Assembly: GCA_044892525.1 (NCBI GenBank)
Contig: CM097885.1
Coordinates: 29,018,001 to 29,082,000 of the forward strand
Direction: 5' to 3'
Length of the DNA: 64,000 nucleotides
DNA from: Schmidtea polychroa
Taxonomy: Eukaryota
Of this stretch, positions 54,743 to 64,000 are shown one piece after another. The position numbers were made by a program, and so were the translations under genes. Position 1 is the stretch's first letter; each line of letters starts with the position of its first letter. Under the pieces are notes generated by a model. It made no database searches. It saw nothing but the letters and a program-made list of their open reading frames with translations, and was not told the origin of the DNA.

Positions 54743-57700
54743 AATATATATATATATATAAGCGCAAATACCAATAATAATAATAAAAATAATAATCTCT
54801 ATTTAAATAAAATACTTAGTCAACTAGATTCAAATAAATTTCATGCCTTTAAATGAATGCGTAAATACGTATTTGATTACGTATACTGTATTCGACGTAT
54901 ACAACAGTTAAAGAAATCTAATCTCAACGCGCGTCACGGAAAGCATTTACTATTTATAAAACACAAAATAATGCGAGATATTTTCACATGGAATGTGTAT
55001 ATCTATGAAACATCATAAAGTACATAATAACAATTTAATGCACAGATTTAACTACTTTTTATTTTTCCTTGCCATGTTGACAGTAATGATCCGCTCACAA
55101 CTGATCCATGTTCAGAATAACAAATTTTAATAATAATAAGCATCTTACAATATCTTAAATATTTCAATTTTCAAATATTTTTAAACGTTTTATGTTTATT
55201 TCACATTGAGGTGCATTTTAACTTTTGTATCACTCAAATCATTTTTATTTATATTTTCTTTATTGTACACTCTAATTGTCCATTCTAATATAAAATAAAT
55301 TGAATTAATTCCGAATTTGTTTGTTTATTTGTTATTATTTGTACTTATTTATTGGAAATTTATTGATTTATTATTAATTATTATAATAATGTGTTAATTT
55401 TAGATATTTATATACATTTGTTTTATTATTGAATTTTATTAACTTTGTTTTCTTTTAAGCTAAGCTCCCAAGTATTGGGTAAACAATTTATTTATATTTG
55501 AGAAATCCATGTTTTTTAAAATCACATAGAGCCTTTTTTGCAATAGGATTCACACTGCTTTAAAATCTTCAACATGTTGCCCATCAGACTGTGTTGAATG
55601 GGATATAATTCCTGATTAATGAGAAATTTAGACCTATTTTCAAACAGTCAATTAGCCTTTTGTAATTCGTTCTAAAAACATTTGTGTATCTGATTCTCTT
55701 ACAGACAACAAAACAGGATAAAGAAAATAGAAATTGAGCTATAACAAGTAAAATATGAATAGGTGGTGAACCGAAAAAGCAAATTGTATATTTTTCTGAA
55801 ATTTTATTCATTCTGGGCAATTATATACTATTTGTCTTACCTTTGTCAATCATGCAATGATTGTTTGTGATGAAACGCCTTTTACATCCTTATATCCGTC
55901 ATTTGGAGAAATATTCATTCCAGTGTATTGGTTTCATAAGAACTGTGCTTAAATTCCTTTGACTGTATTTTTCATAGCTCCTCTTATATTTTATATATTG
56001 TTTACCATTTTATACATTGCAGATTTGACATTGTAAATCTAATTGTAAAATTTTGAATTCTTCAGGCAAATTTACATTTGAAAATTTGATGAAAACCCTT
56101 TTTGCTGAATTGACTTCCTATTTGTGTCTTTTGTATTTACTGTTTTAAATTCCTGTTCAAACTTTATAGTCAAAGAGTAAATCTCATTTATTTATAACAC
56201 CGTTTTTAATCAAACGAATCGACAACACGTAATACTTACATAATGTTTCGTTTGGATGTAACTTGAACCTAGGAAAATAATTTAATAAATGCTTAAAACT
56301 TACCAGCTTTATTTATTATATTTGGTACTTGATTTACAATCATTGTAACCTCCAGTATTCAATGGATTCTTCATTCACTACGTGGTTGAGTGTATTTTTC
56401 TAACTTTTCCTTTAAAATCTCAATCCCATCTTCACTAAATGATGAGTAAATTATCATCGCTTTTTTATGGCAAGCAGCATGGTTTGAGCTGATCATCTTC
56501 TTTGGTAAATTCAGCAAAAAATTCAAATTGAACTTTAGTTTTCATTCATTTCTTTAATAAGGATATCTGGCACTGTTTTGGACGATCTGCTGTGTGCAAC
56601 TTTTGATCGCTTTTGTTTTGTGTGTTTACGCGTGTGCGTGTGTGTAGGCTGGATTTATTTTTCTTCCCCATGCAACTGATTGGATACGGAGTCTGTTAAT
56701 TTCAATTCTTTGAAATAATAATCTTTTTATTCATTTTTTTTGCTATTTATTATTTACATTTATATAGATAACTGAAACACTTTTCCAAATATATCAATCT
56801 TAGTATTAACTATATTGTTTGTTGTATGATTGATGTCCATAATAAAGATAATAAAATATTCATTTCCTAGAATATTATTAAAACAAAACTTTACTAGGAA
56901 TTTCTTGAAGAGTAATATATAAATAAAGAATTCAATAAACAGTAGCAGTCACCAAATTAAGGCAATTTATACTTTTATTCCTAATATTGGAAATCATTTT
57001 CTAAAATATCCAAGCAAATTTCAGAAAATTTAATTGAAAAAATTGAAAGGTATTGTGGAAAAATATATTTTGTTTTAATATATTCCACGTTTTATATGTG
57101 AAAGATATCATATGAAATTTATAATATAAAATCTAATTAATAAGAACCCATGAATTATTAAATAACAATGTCAAAAAGATGGCGTAAAATGACAATGTCA
57201 ATCACTATTAATTCATTATTAACTATTTTGTGCTTATCAATAAAAAATAATTAAATAATTTTTAAATTAAATTTTTCAACATCACATCCCTTTTCAAATA
57301 TCAACCAAAATGTTGATAAAGGCTAAGCCAAGGTTTATGGTTATTATCAATATCATCCATATAATTTCAAAGATTGGGAGAAAACAAACGTATTACTAGA
57401 TTTTCATGTGCAAATATCTGTAAATGTCTTTTATTTTCTTTTATTTTTCTTCAATTTCAAAATAAATATTATCAAATATCTACAATTTTTTCGTTTTTCC
57501 TCTAAAATAAATTGACTAACAAATTTATTAATATACATGCAAATTTTTATTAATTTTTAATATGTTATTGGTTAGACGAGGGTTAAGAAATTTTTTATTT
57601 GGAATTATTTTAGAAAATAAAATTAAAAAATATTTCAAAAATTTTTTTAATTTATTTTTTGTGCATAAAAAATTACAAGAAAATAAAATGATCTGTTCTT

Positions 57701-58108
57701 TGACCTTTTGATAAACTAATTTAAGTGATATAAGTATTAAATTGATTTTTGATCCGATTTTAGCGTGCACAGTTGTGATTCATAAAGTTTGGTTCAGTTC
57801 TTCCAATCAATTGTGCTTGGTCTACTATTTACAGAGAAAATGTCGATGGCACTCACAATCAACAAATTTCTATATCGATGTCATCGTTTTAAATATATTT
57901 GTAATTTTAATAAAATCATAGCTTTGAAAATAATTATTTTAATAAAATTCAATTTTTAATTTTCAGAAAATTTTAATATCTTATTTTTTGAAATCTGATT
58001 AAATGTTAAATTGAACATAAATAAAATAACAAAAATCTATGTTTAAAAACAATGTAAATACTGTCATAAAAATTTATATTAATTGAAAATTATAGACCAA
58101 ATAATAAT

Positions 58109-58187
<79 letters not shown>

Positions 58188-58278
58188 GTATAAAATGATG
58201 ATTGCTTGGTAGCAGCATTTATTATTTAAAACAATAAAATGATAATTTAATCCTTTTGCTGCAAATAATGTATTTAAT

Positions 58279-58317
58279 GAAAGAATTTTCGACTATACGA
58301 TAGTCCTTGTCAATCTC
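58279..58317 (-). ncRNA. Minimal type I hammerhead-ribozyme-like motif (family H2)
   Basis: Minus strand GAGA-UUGACAA-G-GACUAU-CGU-AUAGUC-GAA-AAUU-C-UUUC: perfect 6-bp stem II and a 4-bp stem I with one G-U pair. Confidence 0.65.
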
Positions 58318-58321
58318 CTTG

Positions 58322-58729
<408 letters not shown>

Positions 58730-59338
58730 AACTTTAAAAATATAATAATTTTATTTTTAAATTTAGCCAAAATTAAATTTTCTCTAGCAGTTATTGGCAT
58801 TAAATTATTTGATTGTTGTGTAAAACTATATAATTTGTGTATTTTATCATTCTCTTTAGTAAATCTTTGCTGTCCATAATTTTCTATTATTGTTAAACCA
58901 GTTAATTCATATAACCAGTTAATTCATCAATTTATTATTTACCCTGATGGACCATGAAGTGAAGGTAATTTTACTGAACTTAGATCCATTACAACTTCAA
59001 TGTTATCTTACTTCCATAAACGACTGAAAGATTCAATAATTGTATTTGTAAAATAAATTATAATATGGAAAGTAATAAAAACAACATTCAATAGATTTCT
59101 TCGGTTAAATTTTACAAGTTTTCAATTAATTTAAATTTTTTTATTTATTTAAACAACATACATATAGAAAACATATTTATTATTCCTATGCCTATTTATC
59201 AATGAGTTGACACTAAAAGTATGTCGATAATTCTTTACTGATTCTAGACGGATTATTAAAAAGATTAATTAAGCATAATAATAATAATAATTATAATAAT
59301 TATAATAAGCATAATAATAATAATTATAATTATTATTA

Positions 59339-59421
<83 letters not shown>

Positions 59422-61262
59422 ATTAATAATTACTATACAATATTAATTAAAATTGAATTAATATATATGAGATTCATAAATATATTATGTAAAAGTTAAA
59501 AAATAATAAATGTAATTCTATACTAACCTGGAATAAACTTCTGACAACCGCCATCTATAAATGATTAAAAAATATCGGTCTCAAATTATCAAATCTATAA
59601 ACTTGAATTGAGCTAGACTTCGACCCCTAAGCAAACGAACCAATAATTAATGCAATTTAACAAGTGGTTTTGCGTGTCGGTATGTGCGTTGACGTACGGT
59701 TTGTTATACGAAAATTGACTCGGTCAATGGTACAAAAACCGTGTTCTGCACATAATATTATAAGATTGTTGTTATTGTCACTGTCGGTTTGTGTCATTCA
59801 ATTATAAAAATAATAATAATTATATTAATAATGAGTTCACAATACATTTATATGCTCAGATATTTCTTTATCTCGTGAAAATTAAACCAATTATTATTAT
59901 TATTGATTTAAGGGCTACACATTTAAACAAAAATTTATAATTAAATTATAATTATTTGCATTATCATAAAACTGTTTATTATAATTAATAAATATTGTTA
60001 AATGTCAAATTCTGAGACATCATTGCCAAGATCTCCTTATTAATATCAAATAGTTAATTTATTTAAATATTTGATATTATTTTTATTGTTAATTTTTATT
60101 TAATCTCTGATTTTATTTATTCATAATTATCCAAATAAAATTTTCCATTATATTAGTTTATCATCCATATCACAATTTTACCAGATATGATTAGACCTGA
60201 TTTCTGTACAAGACACTGTAATTGCACTACGGAGGTTTCTTAGAATAAGGATTTGAAGTTCCCGGTGGTGATGGTGAGATGGGAGCCCATTCTCAACTTA
60301 GTGCGGCTAGTGTTGGCTAAGGCCGTACGATAGATGCAAGACGCACTGGCTGTCTCGTCTTAAGCGAGTGGAACATGAAAATTTGAGATGGCACAATACC
60401 CAGCACTGATGGTGATGTCAGTTGATGTCGTCCACCAGGTGATTGGAAGATTAAAAGAGAATGTATGAAATGATGTTAAGTTTGTTTGGGAATGGAGGGA
60501 AAGGAAAGCCCGAATCGTTTGACAAGAAAGTTGAAAATGATCTAATTAGTAGACACATAGAATAAATAAATTATAATTGAAAGTTAATATCCTATATTAA
60601 AGGACCAAAAATAGAAATCGGACATAGGGGTGTTCTCTAATTATAGGTTACTAGAGGGAGCACACTTTTTACTCATTTAATAGAGTCCCAACGTTGAAAT
60701 TTCATCAGGTATTATATGGTAACAATCATTGTATTCTAGATCTGCCTATAACCCACCACTTTTAGTGATCTTCATACCAATCAAGAAACTGGAAACAATA
60801 TGATCATTACTTCGTTCAATGTATCTGTGAAGACCGTCAAAACGCAATGCAAGAACTAATCAAGATTGAATATCGAAAATCGCGGCTTGATCACCATCCA
60901 ATCAAAAGAAAGCAACAGCTTAAGAAAGGTGTTTATGAAAACACAATACTTGATATAATAAGCAACTTTTGTTCTTTATATTTTACTTTACAATGAAAAT
61001 GTCTCGTTTAGTTTCAATTATTACAATCGAAATTTCATCTTGTCCAATTTTTCTATCAAATATTTGTGTCTAATCTTTTTGTTTCAATCTTGTTTTTTTC
61101 ATTCTCACTTAAATAACTTTTTGACAAGAATTCATTGTAGTAAATACACTATTAGAAACAAACAATTTCCACTATAAATCAATCGATTTTTGTTGTTTTT
61201 TTGATGAATATCAATTTTTCATTTTTATCAAGATAATAAAAACAATTTTACAATATTCAAAC

Positions 61263-61713
<451 letters not shown>

Positions 61714-63099
61714 ATTAAAATAATAAATTAAAATTAATAAAATTAAGCTATTATATTATAAATATTAAATAAAATATAACTAATATTTTTGTTAATGGTA
61801 AGCTCATAATAATTAAAAAGTTTTCTGATTAATTATTAACTTTATCCTTAACATCATTTTCGCATGGCTACCATTCTTGGGTTGGTATTTCATCCAGCAC
61901 AATACTGCCCGGGCTCGCTCTTCAGGCAGAATTCGCCGTTGTTCGATATTTAGAAATCCGAAATTAACTTTTTTAAAATTCTTTTTCATCATTTAATATT
62001 ATGAACCAATAAGTGTACCATATATTTCTCAAGGGATAAAACTTCGATCGAACTCTCCCAATATTAAATTGCATGGGTTTAAAGATAAGATTCACGAAAG
62101 GATGAATAATTGATCTATTGAAATGTCGCCAAGCATATTCAAGGGGGTTATCCCAATGAGAATCAACATCCCGATAACATATCATAAGGTTGCTTCAGTC
62201 ACCTCTTTCTTTTTAGGTTTAAACTTGAGAATTTCATTGTGGAAATATCTAGGGGAACAGAATCAATGTTTTGTTGTTTTCGGAATAAATTCGTTTTGGA
62301 GATTGGTTGGTTGGTACTCAAGTTCCTGAATTTCTCTTATAAAGGATAAAGCACGTGTTGTCATATAGAGAATTTGGTTGTACATTAACTAGAACTAGTA
62401 ATGTCGTGTCCAACGCATTTTGCAAACGTAATAAAAATGATGAGGAAATTAAGAAAAATAATAAAAATGTTTCTCATATTTAACATAATTTTAAAATAAG
62501 TAATATTTGTTGCTTCATTATTTAAACAAACACTTTTTGCAAATTATTTTACATAAAAGTCAAAAAATGTACTTTTTAAATGTATTTTGGACATAAAATC
62601 ACAACAATAATCAAAATTTTAACAAGATAATCCGATATATTTTGTTTAATCGTAATCACTTTTAAACCTGACAATAAAGCGCCAAAACCGATCTGTATAA
62701 AATTATATTAATAAAAATTCACTTAACGTGGCCACTTTTCCTGTTTATGCCCTTAGTAAACTATATGGTTAATCAAGCAGTATTTATTTACATTGAATTT
62801 GACAAGATTCAGCAAATGCACTACTGTATTACGAAAAACTTTTACCCTGTTTTCACGCTATAAGCCACTGACTTAAAAGAGTTTTAAAATATTTTTTTAT
62901 CTGAAAAAGACTTAATTAAGGCCAATGGCTACTAAGCCTTTTTTCAGATAAAAAAAAATTTCGTTACTGGTAAAAAAATAGAATGATGTTTATTAATTAA
63001 AAGATCTAATCTTTGTATTATATGGAGTTGAATTCATTCTCATTATCACTATTTATCAGAATTGCTTAACATTCTGACCATAACAAGTGTCGGAAATGA

Positions 63100-63159
63100 T
63101 ATGAATCAGTAAAGATATCGATGTTTTTTGATATTCACCAATTTTCGGCACTGCCTTTT
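63100..63159 (-). repeat. Repeat family H1 copy, truncated within the hammerhead-like core
   Basis: atgaatcagt...gatatcgatg...aattttcggcactgcctttt matches the other H1 copies; the UUG part of the core is missing. Confidence 0.6.
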
Positions 63160-63904
63160 ATATATAATGATGATGATGATTTTGAAATTATAATTAAAGA
63201 ATAAAGTGAAATGAAAAGAAATAAAAAACTGAAATTTCGTATTTTTGTATTTTTGCACCAAACCGCTATTTTTAGGATTTTGTAATCTAATATTAATGCA
63301 ATAAAATATTTAAATATCAATTGAAAATATTTATTTAAATAAATATCTATTTCTCATTTAGTTTTTACACATAATATTAATAAATTTGATAAATGAAATG
63401 TAAAATATTTTTGCATGCTTGATTTAATAAAAAAATAAATAATTTTTGTTTGAATATTATTCAAATGTCTAAATAAAACAAAATTTAAATTACGAATTAG
63501 GAATTATTATTTTATTTGAAATTATAATTTTATTTTACCCTTAAAAAGTATCTTAAATTTCAATTTCTGAAAAAAACTAAATTTCACACTTGGAATAAAA
63601 ATTTGAAAATTTTGAAAAATTTGAGTTTTTTTAGTTGGATTTTATCAAGATATCTCAGCAATATTATTTCTATTTGACATTTCATTTCCTTTTTGATAGT
63701 AGTTTCCGAAACAATGAAAATAATTATTATATTATTTCATATATTATTTATTTATTATTTGATATTTTCTAGGTGGACATTTGTTAAAATTTGAATAATT
63801 TATGCAGAAATAGTGGTTCACATTAATTAGTAAAACTTCTTTAAAGATTTTTTGAGTTTTATATCATTCTTCGTCAAAGAACACGCAGAAAATTTATGTT
63901 AAAT

Positions 63905-63970
63905 ATAAACGTGATTAGAAGGTAGATAATGGCCCTTTGTCGGCAGTGGGCTAAGAAGTGAAGTGAAGTC
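63905..63970 (+). mobile_element. Possible 3' end of an RTE-like non-LTR element
   Basis: Reads IMALCRQWAKK* followed by a short (AAGTG)n tail. Confidence 0.35.
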
Positions 63971-64000
63971 AATGTGAAAATCACACTATAGTGAGAGATA

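Overview
Very AT-rich eukaryotic genomic DNA with long (AAT/ATT)n and (TA)n microsatellites and short GT-AG introns. It is most likely a freshwater planarian (triclad flatworm), inferred from the neuropeptide sequence and composition. Host genes supported: the 3' four exons of a LEDGF/HDGF-related gene (integrase-binding domain; + strand, 4998-8110), an intronless Na+/H+ exchanger (11634-13595, -), an npp-3-like RYamide neuropeptide precursor exon (25096-25325, +), and three exons of an unrecognised single-pass membrane protein (50220-54502, -). Much of the rest is nested transposon sequence: Buster and ZMYM1-type hAT elements and MITEs, a full-length Tigger/pogo element one stop codon from intact, a Passer-like pogo, Gypsy remnants, four related solo LTRs and a Penelope GIY-YIG fragment. 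The most unusual signal is two short dispersed repeat families carrying variant (U3/A8) minimal hammerhead-ribozyme-like motifs. One copy has a 12-bp target-site duplication and an internal inversion. All alignments were done by eye, so coordinates of degenerate elements are approximate.
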